Part shown: positions 10,853 through 22,493 of the stretch, piece by piece
Layout of the letters: the number at the start of each line of letters is the position of its first letter
Position numbering within the stretch: position 1 is the stretch's first letter
Assembly: GCA_002256025.1 (NCBI GenBank)
Contig: NKIB01014630.1
Location: forward strand, 1 to 41,944
DNA length: 41,944 bases
DNA from: Asterionella formosa
Lineage: Eukaryota
Reading direction: 5' to 3'
The notes under the pieces: model-generated
Databases searched by the model: none
What the model saw: the letters and a program-made list of their open reading frames with translations, nothing else
What the model was told of the DNA's origin: nothing
Position numbers and translations under genes: made by a program

Positions 10853-12513
10853 TCACGACGCTGTAACCTTGCTGAAGACAAATATGGCACCATGATGTCC
10901 CTTCATTATCCGAAGCTTATCATCCATGTAGATCACATCACAATATGCGGATCCATGTCCTCCGATAGGTCTTGTGAGGGTGTACTTCATATTGCCGCTC
11001 TCGTCCATGGCGTCGGGAATGTCAGCACCGAGTAAGACTTTCGCGGCTAAAACACGAGCAAATTCCTTCATATCGCGCTTTGGAGCACTGCTATGGTCAA
11101 AGATGCGTCGCCAGTCGTCCATATCGTTATGTTCATCGTTTACTTCAAGCTGCCCGCCGGTGAACCAAATTGAGAGGCGATTAGGGCAAGTTGGGTCAGG
11201 GACAGCATAGCCAAAAGTTGTCATGATGCCGCGGATGGGCTTATTCAGTACGAATTCAGATGACGCAGAACCGGCATCGATGAGCTCGCCTGTGAGAGTT
11301 TGATTGGGTTCAATTGTGAAAGCGACCACAATACTGTGGAGACAAAAATGCTTTAGCGTCACTTCGAATAAAAAATTTGAACGAGATCCCGACACCCATG
11401 CATGACTTACTTGTAGGTTCGAAGGCCCTTGACACCACCATCCTTTAAGCCACTATGAATCGTTTTACGAAGACTCCTGGGGATATTCTGAGGAAGCTCA
11501 CCGTGAAGTTGATGGACGGTGTTGAAATTGCCTTGTATTGAACATCGGATCCCTGTTGGCCGAAACATGTCAAAGGACATTCGACCTAATGAGTATATTA
11601 GATCCCCAGTAGCACTGCGTCCCTTACACTCAGTGAAAGTCAGTTTTGAAAGAGTAAGCCATGTGCCGTCGATTTCAAAGGGGGCATCTGGTTTCCGAAC
11701 ATCACAATGCGATGAAAGATAGTAGGATTGAAGGATCTCCAAACTTGACTGGAATGTCGCACTCTCAAGATTCCCTCTGTTCTCTTTCAAGTCATCCATT
11801 ACTCTGTCTCTGACAGATTCTATCTGTGCCCAGGTCACCAACGACAAGTTGGGGATGCTGCTGATTCCAAAGCAGTCGCCTCGGTCGCTAGAAATGTTTG
11901 CAAGCTCAGCGTTACATGTTCCACGGTCATAGCTTATTTCGGGATTCGCAGAGCAATCAACTTTTCGGGAAAAGTTCATGGAATTAATGACATTCCGCAA
12001 TGATAGTCTCCTTCTCTTTGGGCAGCGTTCGTCCTCATGATGACTATCGTCACTGACAACTGGAACATACATCGCAGTTCTAGACTCATCGTCGTCTTGA
12101 ACAGCCTTTGCTTGCATCGAAGGTTCGTCATGAACTGTTCCGTTCACCCACCATTTCCTGTACATTTGTTGCACGCCAACAGCTGCGTTGTCGGCGTCAT
12201 TTGGTGTAACTCCTTTCAGAAAACATTCGCTGTAGTAGATAGCTGCATTATATGCCCTCTTTCGATCCAAGATATTCAATGGCTCAAGAGGAACAGAAAG
12301 CAAAGGCGCCACAATTCTATCCGCTGCAATTCTTTTCCATTTGAGAGGCGGCGTAGCTGGAGGTTCCCTGAGCGCTTCCTCCTGTGCCTCCCTTAAGTTG
12401 TTCGTGCGGCCCTCGCAGACTGGCGTCCCGTGAAAGCTCGTGCTGTAACCGATTCCTCCGATATTCATGCTTTGATTATCAGAAAGTAAGTGAGATCTCC
12501 CGGTGCGAAACAT
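10853..12513 (-). CDS. Hypothetical protein with a C-terminal PAP-fibrillin/lipocalin-like beta-barrel; 2 exons
   Basis: Exons about 12513-11411 and 11333-10853; intron 11410-11334 (GTAAGT..CAG) joins RTYN/IVVAF in frame. IDGTWLTLS and the terminal YCDVIYMDDKLRIMKGHHGAIFVF resemble the first and last motifs of fibrillins. Start codon is uncertain. Confidence 0.75.
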
Positions 12514-12949
12514 AATTAGTGTTCTCGTCCACTTGTTCCTTTCTACCAAGAAAGGAACAATCGAGCACAGTGGAGAGATTGACGGGAGTAGCTGGTACAG
12601 CTAGTTTTTCACGAATAATTTTATGCCGGCGGTGAGCTGTAGACATATCTCGGTTTATTTCAATAACATGTGACAGAAAGCCAAATATCGGTAGTGGGGT
12701 ACTGGTAACAGGTACCTACCTATACATAGACTCGAACAGGTGGGAGAGTACCCCCCTCGTTCGGTCCTAGAATTCCGCTATACTTACAAGAAACATAGAT
12801 GTCCGTTCGAGGTTGTTTTCAAGGAATCAGCCTCATCATAGTAAACAAGTTTTTGAATATGTCCCAAGGAAGGCGAAAAGATGTCGCAGCTTCGAGAGAA
12901 CAAAGGAATCAAATCTGGGAGCACTGATTTCAGCGAACACCGTGAGGGT

Positions 12950-13090
12950 GCCAGGTAGGAGGGTTACCAGGAACCGGTTACCTGGTTACCAGGTAGTAGT
13001 AGTATAGTACCTGGACCTGTTACGCACCTGCTAGAAGTTACATACCGGTACCTGGTACTCTGGTACTCAGTACCTGATACCAGGTACCAG
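12950..13090. repeat. Degenerate (CCAGGTA/TACCTGG)n array upstream of the hypothetical gene
   Basis: Multiple TACCAGG, TACCTGG and GGTACC units in both orientations. Confidence 0.75.
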
Positions 13091-15194
13091 TCATGTTTCC
13101 TTGTATGTCTACACTCGCAAACGTACTCCTACTTGTTCTCGACGATATACGCATGTTTCACTTGCCCTGGTTTTATTTTATGCGGAGTCTAGTCGTACCT
13201 GTTGCAACCAGGTGCCAGGTAGACTAATAAAACAATCTTGTATATACTATGCGCGTGGAAGCAAAACCCTAAACCTATATAGACGAATCCTGTATTGTTT
13301 AAGTACTGGCAAATAGGTTGAAGTTGTCGGGCGAACGATCATACCGGTCGTACATGTAGTTCTACATAAGCGATACAGCTACCACCGGTATATATGGCAA
13401 TTTCATATACCAGTACGCGTACTGATCAAAAATCCTATTCAAAAAAAATCATTCTAGTCCTTGACACAGTACCTGGTAGACTAGTCAAAACCCTAGCAGA
13501 ACCACATGGAGAACAACTTCTTATGTACAAACGCGAACACTGCTCTAGAATGTCACCTACATGAAACATGCATCGGCAGTTTAAAAAAGTTAGATGATAT
13601 AATAGATAAAAATAATATTTTAGCTTTTGTCATCTTGTAAATTCTTACAGACAAGGATGGACGCAATAGGGCCATGCCACGTCAGCCCGTACTACATATA
13701 ATCTCGCATTCGAATCGAAGGCATCAAAGCTGAGACAAAAATATTTTTTTTGCAGAGTGCAAGGCGGGGTGAAGCGCAAAATTTTTTGAAGCCAATTTTA
13801 GAGAAGCAGTCTAGCTAAAGCATCCTCACCAAGCCCTTTAAGAAGATTTATAGTCTACTAAATCAAACCAGACCTAGTGGTAGTATGAATCTGACAAACA
13901 CTTGGAAAATGCACTTTAAGGATATCCTCCTAGACAACAGGAGAGGAACCAACCTTTCAACCAAGTGCCATCATTTCGCAAACATGAACAGCAAAGCAAC
14001 AACAACACCAGACACCCATCAAGAGCTACTACCATCACCCTTTTCAGCAGCCATCCATGCAATGATCAACACCCTAGATCACAAATTTCATATCAGCCAC
14101 CATTTTAGCATGCTCCCAGGCAGCATATCCTTTGTGACAATTGATGGTTCAATTTTAGCTAAGCGGTAAGCAGGAACGACGTTCTGATAAGGCTGCTGAA
14201 ATAGAAGATTCTTGATAACAACATATGGACGCTTTTGAACCGAATTCCGACCTTTTGAATTATTAAGTTCATTGACCAATTTATAATACTATCCTTTGGC
14301 AAGCGCAAAGTGTTTTTCCCTTAGTTTGTCATGTACTTATTGGTCTGTATGATTAGAAAATTTATGAAATGGAATCATGTCTTCCATCTGCATCTGGGAG
14401 TTTGTAATGGTATTATCGACATGAGCCATTTTTCTTGTAGCAGCTACTAAAGAAGAAACGTCATCATCACTTTCAGTATCAATGAGGGGATCCTGTGTAG
14501 CTGATGGTGTCCCTGTGGACGATGGGGTAGTCTCCCCACTAACTTATCCCTGTCACCAATTGGGTTCCTTTGGATAATCGCCGATTCGCTTTTTCTTTGT
14601 TAACTCATTTTGGTACTTGCTTCTTTGTTCCATACCGGCGGTATTTGCCACAGCATGTCGCTTGTTTCCATGAACCTCTTTATTGTTTTTTGAAGACATT
14701 GTACTACTAGGTAACTGTTGTCGTTTTCAAAAGTTCGATGCTCTTAGAATCAGGTGTTGTAACAATAAAATGAATCATTAGCCACTACATCTTAATATTT
14801 TACGCTGTCTAGATACAAACCATACAATCAACAGTGCCATTTACATTATCACATACAAAATCAGAACCCAGTTTGAGTAATAGCATACAATCCTGAAACT
14901 ATGATGATTTACTGGTGTCCCGTTGCAATAGCAACAGTCCTGAACATATGGTGTTCTGTTGCTCGCTTACTACTCCAAGTACCAGTATATATACTTCTTA
15001 CCTGCTACTGGTACTCTGTATACATATGATAAAATGTTATGATCATATGATGTACACAGCATGTACATTGCTTCATCACACCAAATCAAAACCTTGCGCA
15101 TAAATATTGATACAAATCGGTTGTGACTGCCGCCAATTGAATGGCCTTAGTAATAAGATATAACTGGCATATAAAATATTGATGCAAAAACTGC

Positions 15195-15803
15195 GTCTGT
15201 AAATAAAACTTATCATGAAAATATGATCAAGGGTATCATACGCCAAGTGGCAAAGGATTTTCACATTTATGATAGTTTTTCGATCAAAAATATGATCAAT
15301 GTATCATATAATTATGATCATGCAGTAAACTTTTACCGAGCTTGAAGAATGATGAGACTATCATATTTATAATACCATTGCATCATATAATTAATTAAAC
15401 ATGGTCATATGATGTGTATACTTTTGTCATACATCTATCTTAGCATGATCGTAATTCTCATCGATATCACTGTCTAAAATAGGATGAAATTGATCGAAAT
15501 TTAGAACTATATTTAGCTAAGAATGGTTCTATGATTCTATCATATCTTAAGTGGCTAAAGAATGTTCTACAATGCTCTCATTGCAATGATTGTTGGTGCC
15601 GCTTTCACTTCCACCTCCCCCTCCCCCAATCCAATTCTGAAGGTTGTTGTAGTAGTGCTGGTTGCCTTGCCGTTGTTCCCCTGCTTTGTTCCATTTACTC
15701 CTGAGTGCTGTTCCGAGTTTGCATTCACGCACTATTGAATCCGTTTCGTTGTTCCAATCAGCCATACTAACAAAGAGAAGCAATTCATTGTTAGCTGTTC
15801 ATG
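15195..15803 (+). repeat. ~610-bp dispersed repeat, copy 2
   Basis: Direct repeat of 1333-1941. Confidence 0.93.
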
Positions 15804-17597
15804 TTTTGCTACACAACAACTTGCATTTCGCTTCTATCTGCCTTCACTTACCACAAATTGAGGACGAGGTAACTGATGCATATTTCTGTAGAAGAATGTG
15901 TCGGTCGAAGATTGAATGAGAAGCAAAGTATCGATCAATAAATGGGCTCCAACACTGCTGTTTGTAACTTACAAATACTGTTTGTCTACCATTATCCTGA
16001 AAGAAGCAACACACATGTGTCAGTTTTTCTAACAGTTGTGGATTGATCCAAAGATGGCTGATAGGCAGCACTTACCGATTTCTTTTGTCCACATTGATGG
16101 TTGACCAGCCACCAAATCGAAAAGGAGCTATTGAATCACTGAGAGGGGCGGGACGAGTCATTCTGTATTTGTTATCCCAGCAATTGATCATCTTGGCATT
16201 TGCTCTTGACAAACCGTGATGCTATGCACAGCTTGTTGATTCCGCCCTTCTCTATCATTTTCACTCATTCTTAGCCGCATGGTGTATCATCGTGTTGTAT
16301 TGTCACTTCAGTTTTTCGCATCGTCATGTGTTGCTTGAGATCCTTCATTTGAGGAAGTGGATGCAGCATGACAAGGAACATGAAAGGCATCTGCTCTTGA
16401 TTTACCATCAATTGATTCCGCCCTTCTCTTCTAAGCCACAAGTATCATTGTGCTTTATTATCACTTTCGTTTTCCGCATCATCATCTGTGTTAATCCTTC
16501 AAATCCGGAGCAAAGTGTATGCATGACAAGGAACATGAAAACATGATTTCAAATGTTTCAGCCATGAATACATATATACAAAGATTTGTAAGAAGTTTAA
16601 ATGTATACATAGTTGAACATTTGCATAGCTTTAAACACGCTCATTATACGGCACATCCTGTGTATACTAATATCAATTTTGATTATACATAGTTGAAATA
16701 TATACAATGCATGATGAGTTCATAGTTTTCCACGACCTGTTGAGTTTGTCAATTCTTGTACCTACAAGTCAGTGGCTGATTTAATTAAGCCCCTTAATAA
16801 ACGGGAGTCATCACCAATTTTTCAAATGGTCGAAATCATACATTTATGTATATAGACATATTGACCAAAATTCATATGGCCTACCGGTAGTACTGTATAA
16901 TTGCTGGTAATTACTTCTATCATGGAAATACCACAATAGTGCAACGGAAAACTGAATATGCTCATGTGTTTAGGATCATTTGATCATTTTTTTAAGATCA
17001 ATTAATCCTGATTCTTGAAAATAAATTTTGATCTTTCATTTTCTCATTAACGACACCGTTCATCATATGATCAATATGTTATGATTAAAGTTATAGGATA
17101 AACAAATCTAAATTCATTGATTAAAGATCATAGTTTATACCGGAGTAGTTGCTCATGCATGCAATCCCTTCCAACCCCTGTATACAGTCCGGAAGTGATA
17201 AATCCCAAGCTACCAAATTTTTATGTCTTGTAAGAATTATCGCAGCATGCATGCATACATGACTCCTACTGGTATACTATACAATGCGGAAATGATGACC
17301 AACAGACTACCAATCCTATAGGTCCTGTAGAATTATAGCAACATGGCTGCATATCTAATGAAAGGGCGGAAGGAGTCATCCATGCACATGTATAGCATGA
17401 AATATGGAAATGATCAAATACAGCTAGTCTACACAAGGAGCAGTGCATCATATATGCCCTGTTTTTTTAATTCCTATGAAATCTCTTGATCTGTTCTGCG
17501 CTTTTTCGCCACAATTGTTTTCATTGGCTGTTTCACTGGACAGTGTTCGAATTGATTGTGCTTTGAACGAAGCAATGATCAAAGTCCACCCCATACG

Positions 17598-17770
17598 ATT
17601 GCCAATAAATAAGATACACAGATAACAATCTTTAGCTTTTTTGATCTTACTTTTAACATGAATATATCTTACTACCAAAACAATTACACATCATACTTTC
17701 TGGTTAGATATGATTGCCATTAAATAAGATCACAAATAACAACTTTTAGCTCGCTTGATCTTACTTTTAA
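17598..17770. repeat. Two-copy direct repeat of about 58 bp
   Basis: GATTGCCA(A/T)TAAATAAGAT..ATAACAA..TTTAGCT..TTGATCTTACTTTTAA at about 17598 and about 17713. Confidence 0.8.
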
Positions 17771-17787
17771 ATTAAGTACGAGGTGAC

Positions 17788-18035
17788 AATAGACATCAAT
17801 GTCACCTTGTTTGTACGAGAACAACGTGTTATTGCGTCGCCTCCATCAGCAATAAATACCAATGTCATCACCTTATCTGTGCAAGAACGTGCTGTAGCCT
17901 GAGTACAAGGTGACATGGATACCAATGTCACCTTGTTTGTACGAGAAAGTGTTATTGCGTCACCTTCATCACCAACAGATACCAATGCCACATTGTTGTA
18001 CAACTACGTGATATTGCGTACCCTCAATCACCTTA
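17788..18035. repeat. Tandem repeat, unit about 60-67 bp, 4 degenerate copies
   Basis: Recurring ATACCAATGTCACC..TGTACGAGAA..GTGTTATTGCGTC. Confidence 0.8.
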
Positions 18036-18061
18036 AGATATACCAAAGTAACTACCTAATC

Positions 18062-18322
18062 CTATCCCTATCATGGGCATGATCAAATTCAAATCAATCG
18101 TACACGTAGTACATTTACATACAAATATCTGTGCAACATACCGGTATATAGGTATCACTATGATGGACATGATTTAAATTCAAATCAATCGTATACTGGC
18201 ACATACGTTTACATGCAAAAATATGTCTGCTGCATATATAGGTATCCCTTTGATGGGCATGATTTAAATTCAAATCAATCGTGTACATACATTTACATAC
18301 AAAAATATCTGTGCAACATATT
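18062..18322. repeat. Tandem repeat, unit about 90 bp, 3 copies
   Basis: Recurring TATCCCT..ATGGGCATGAT..AAATTCAAATCAATCGT..CATTTACATAC..ATATCTGTGCAACATA. Confidence 0.88.
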
Positions 18323-18730
18323 GGTACTAGTACAATAGATGATACAATAGACAGTAGTAATACCTGGTACCAGTACTCACACAACAGTTGACTCGCACAT
18401 GCATATCTATCATGTCTTCTGAACTATTGATTGCTACAGCAGATATGTACATATACCCATGTATGACTGTCCTACTCATGCAACACCAAGAATGATTCAA
18501 ATTCAGATTGACGGGTTGTTGATGTTTGCAGCCAGTGATGGTATACATGCAAAAATTCATGTATCAATATATATATATATACATATAATATTCTCTATGA
18601 CAATAATTATTATTCATATTAGATGATAAATCGAATTTATATGATCATATGATTGCCATTGTAAGATGCATCACACAAATTAAATGTTTTCTATTTGCAA
18701 ACGTTAGATACATAGGTAACTTTCAAATAG

Positions 18731-18889
18731 CATCAGTATATTGCTTCTGGCGAGAAACTGCAGAAAGGAACTTCGCTTTTTTTACTATGCCAATTAAACA
18801 GATTTCCCCCAAACTTTCGAGTCTTTTTAGCATAGTTAAAAAACCGAAGTTCCTTTCTGCAGTTTCTGACCAGATCCTATATACTGATG
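18731..18889. repeat. Long inverted repeat (60-bp arms, ~39-nt spacer)
   Basis: 18731-18790 versus the reverse complement of 18830-18889, with a perfect core AGAAACTGCAGAAAGGAACTTCG / CGAAGTTCCTTTCTGCAGTTTCT. Confidence 0.92.
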
Positions 18890-19696
18890 ATATATTGAGT
18901 GGACCTACACCCCTACTTTTTCCGAAGACTGTATTTAAGCATATGGACCACAGGCCAATGCCCCGACAGGTAGGGCAGACTGTGTACTGGTCAAGACTGG
19001 GGCTGCACACAGGTTTTGAGTGAGTGAAAGTCTCACACTACCTCACCCAGGTGAAGGGGCATGCCTCACCAGACACCAGGTCACTAATGGATGACGGGGT
19101 GCCTCAAAAACATCCCTGAGTACGTTCGAATCCTCCCATGATGCCCCCCAAGGACTCCACATCGATGGGGCGGGCGGGCAAAGTGGCCGGATAGGTTTTC
19201 TCCTAGTGCCTTGGAACGACAGCCAAAACAAAAAAACCCATTTTTTTAGCATATATGGAAAGGGTGTCTATTGGTGAAAGCTCCGTTGAGCGTTATACAT
19301 TTGATTTATATGTGGAAAGTACGTGTTTGATTAGTCTGACTCAATTATACTTAATAAACCCTACCTCGAGCTAGGGGTTCAAATGCAGCAACTTTAAGTA
19401 CCGGTAATTCACACGGTATCGTTGTTAGCTCCTAAAGATTCTCAATTCTAACGAAATTCCACAACCCTACCAGTACACACATAACATGATAGGGAATTCT
19501 TTTATTTTGCCTACCGGTCGCCTATAACTAGGAGTGGTCAAATCCAGGAACTTAAATTAAATCAAGATAACAAGTGCACAGAGAAATCGAATGATAGTAC
19601 GGTAGTTGGCCACCTTTCAAAAGGATACTTGGTACCTGCCTTGGCTTCCTTCATTTGTGTTATGTCTCCTTCGTTGTAAACTATAAGAAAAGAGCA

Positions 19697-22156
19697 ATGT
19701 GCAACTTTCGATGTCAACAAAGATTATTATTTTTTGCTTTGAAAGTGGCGCTTTCGTGTTGTTTCCGAGTAAGCCGCAGCAAATTCATGTTGTCCCTTCC
19801 AGCCTTTTCCGCACGTCGTGCCACGTTCCAACGAGGGGACCCATATGAAGATCAAAATAACCGAATATCTAGCCAGATATTATGCGTCAGGTTGAAATCC
19901 AGCACTTTCAGCGATCAAGAATTAGGAGTTTTACCGTCGGGAGGAGGAGATCGCGATTGGTACACGAGTCGCATTGCGTCAATCAAGGCCTACAACTTAG
20001 CTGGTGTTGTGAGCGAAGGCGCCGATAAGATCATTTCGATAGACTTCGGGGATTTCCCAAATCTTGTAGCTGTAACTGGTGAAACCGGGAGTGGCAAAAG
20101 CCTCCTCATTGCGAAGTTGGCTGATTTGGTAACTGGTGGCAAAGCCACAGCTTCTTTGCTGCCGACGTTAGGGGATGACAATGTTGTCATTGCGGAAATG
20201 GGTAAGAATAATTTTTGCACGCAGGATGCTCAAAACATATTACTCCTGTCAACTGATGATGAAATTTTTACAGAAATAGCGTTAAGCCAACCTCATCTGT
20301 CTCACGTGCAAACCTCGTTCGAGAACATTGGCCTTGATCCGTCACATTTTCTTGACCCCACATCAACAGCAGCTACCCTAAAACTGAGACGAGTTCTTTC
20401 TTTAGCAGGACCATCCATGAAAGGAGGAAAATCAAGGCTTAAGTCTATCTGCGAAATTAATGGAAGACCGGTTTCATTGAAGGATTTGAAGGCTGTGGCT
20501 TCTCCTCTTGTTGCTATTGTCGATGCATCGGCCGCGGCTACCGCTTTAGCAAAACCAAATTCCCGCATGGCGATTATTGACGCTGCAGTTTCTCCTAATG
20601 TTTTGGAAGAAGCAAGAAGAACGCAAGTAGAGTACAAGCGGCGGCGTGAGCAAAGGGAGAAATTGGAGAACGAAGTTGCGAATATGGCACTTCCGCCTTC
20701 GCTCTCTGGGGATGGCGAACAAGATCTCGAACTATTAAAGCACTGGGTAGATGAGTTAGATCATTTTCAGGGAAGGATGAATCAGTTTAGTGACGCTTTG
20801 GACCAGTTGCCAAAGTCGGAGGATTCGTTTGGTGATGCAGTTCGCACTCTTTCTGCTTTGTCTTGGTTCGACATTGCTGACACTGATTCATTTTCCTCTC
20901 TAATGTACATACACCTACTCGACTTTCGAGAAGCATTGAAATCTTTGGATTCACAACTTGATTCAGCAAGAATGGCTTTTGAAAAGCTTGCTTCGTTGTC
21001 TTCCACTGAATCTGCCATGACCGCTGTTGACCGTGCCAGAAACCATTTATTCGATGTTACTGCAAACGAGAATCCAGATGGAAGGTTTTCATTGTCTGCC
21101 GAAATATCCCACGATTTACTTAACCAGGTCGAAGAAAAACTACGGGATTGTCTGAAATCTCTTGAGGATGAGAGAATCGGATTGCTGACCATGCTAGAAA
21201 ATACTCGGGACAAAGTTGTATACAACGTCGGAGATATTGACACTATCATCGCGGATTGGAATTCATTAGCTCGAAAGCATGGCATGTCGCCTTACGCACT
21301 GCCTTCTTGTCATGCAGCACTTCAAAGTGAACTAAATGGAAACGTGGAAGCTAGAATGTTGCTCCCAAAAGCCATTGCTCAGGAAGGGGTTGCTCTCACC
21401 GCGTTTAAAAATGCATGCATAGCTCTTTCGACGGAAAGACAAAAAATTGGAAAAAAACTTTCTGTCTCGGTCACAAAACGAATGCCATTGTTAGGATTAG
21501 AAGGATCCAAGTTTGAAGTACAGACTTCCACTGGTGTTCGCCGCTGTGAAGATGCCAGTTGTTACGCCAGTTCAACCGTTGTAGGTTTTGATGCAGTTGA
21601 TTTTTTGTTGCTTCATGAAGTGGATAGTGCGATCGAGGAGCAGCAATCAAGGGGCGGAAAAATAGAGGTTGTGGCCAGCTCGGGTGAGAAGGCTCGGTTG
21701 CTTCTTGCTATAGAGTGCGAGCATCCCGGATCAATAGGTGCGTCTTGTGGCATTAGCATTGAGAATGACGCTACTGCAACGAGGAAAGCGTACCCACCAG
21801 TTTCTTTGATCTATGATGAGATTGATGCTCATGTGGGTGGGCGAGCAGCAGTGGCTATGGGCAACATGTTAGTAGATCAATCTCGAAAACGAAATGGGTC
21901 AGGAGCAAGAGGGCAAATTATCAGTATTACGCACAGCCCATCTGTTGCAGCAATCGCAGATGTTCACTTGGTGATTCAAAAGCAAAGCAATAGGATCGGA
22001 GAGCAAAGCGTTTCGGTCGTTACCGCTTTTGTAGAAGGGACAGAGCGACGCAAAGAACTCGCTAGAATGGCTTCTGGTGACCTAGCCCCAGAGGAAGCAG
22101 AAGCTTTCGCCCAAGCTCTCCTTCGCGACGCAGCAAAGCGACGGAGCAACAACTAG
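19697..22156 (+). CDS. recN: RecN-like SMC-family DNA repair ATPase, probably organelle-targeted
   Basis: Walker A VTGETGSGKS, central coiled coil with LARKHG, signature VASSGE, Walker B/D-loop LIYDEIDAHVGG, H-loop ITHSPSVAA and C-terminal ERRKELARMASG. Probable 72-nt intron at 20202-20273. Start is ATG 19697 or 19787. Confidence 0.9.
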   Translation: MCNFRCQQRLLFFALKVALSCCFRVSRSKFMLSLPAFSARRATFQRGDPYEDQNNRISSQILCVRLKSSTFSDQELGVLPSGGGDRDWYTSRIASIKAYNLAGVVSEGADKIISIDFGDFPNLVAVTGETGSGKSLLIAKLADLVTGGKATASLLPTLGDDNVVIAEMGKNNFCTQDAQNILLLSTDDEIFTEIALSQPHLSHVQTSFENIGLDPSHFLDPTSTAATLKLRRVLSLAGPSMKGGKSRLKSICEINGRPVSLKDLKAVASPLVAIVDASAAATALAKPNSRMAIIDAAVSPNVLEEARRTQVEYKRRREQREKLENEVANMALPPSLSGDGEQDLELLKHWVDELDHFQGRMNQFSDALDQLPKSEDSFGDAVRTLSALSWFDIADTDSFSSLMYIHLLDFREALKSLDSQLDSARMAFEKLASLSSTESAMTAVDRARNHLFDVTANENPDGRFSLSAEISHDLLNQVEEKLRDCLKSLEDERIGLLTMLENTRDKVVYNVGDIDTIIADWNSLARKHGMSPYALPSCHAALQSELNGNVEARMLLPKAIAQEGVALTAFKNACIALSTERQKIGKKLSVSVTKRMPLLGLEGSKFEVQTSTGVRRCEDASCYASSTVVGFDAVDFLLLHEVDSAIEEQQSRGGKIEVVASSGEKARLLLAIECEHPGSIGASCGISIENDATATRKAYPPVSLIYDEIDAHVGGRAAVAMGNMLVDQSRKRNGSGARGQIISITHSPSVAAIADVHLVIQKQSNRIGEQSVSVVTAFVEGTERRKELARMASGDLAPEEAEAFAQALLRDAAKRRSNN

Positions 22157-22493
22157 GGTATTACTAGCCGTTATACCGGTATTGCCACTTTTAAATTATT
22201 TTTTACGTGTATTATTATAGAAGGGCATTGTCCCTCGATGTCAGCGCGATTCAAACTCTTACACGGTATCGTGAAATGACGACAACGATGCACGAGTACA
22301 TCACTGGAAAGGCGCCCTCTATTGGTACTCAATTGCAGAAATCACACAATATGGCCGTCAATCTTTGGGTGGGTCTAGCAATTCGGCAAGGCTATGACAA
22401 CAAAAACGTCACTTTACGTTAGGCTACAAACACATTCTTCAAACGTGGACAGATACGTAAGCCCCTGTTGGCAATCAACAGCTTAGGATGATC

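Noticed and set aside
17788..18322. CRISPR array
   Set aside because: Units are degenerate tandem copies without unique spacers, there are no cas genes, and the context is eukaryotic.
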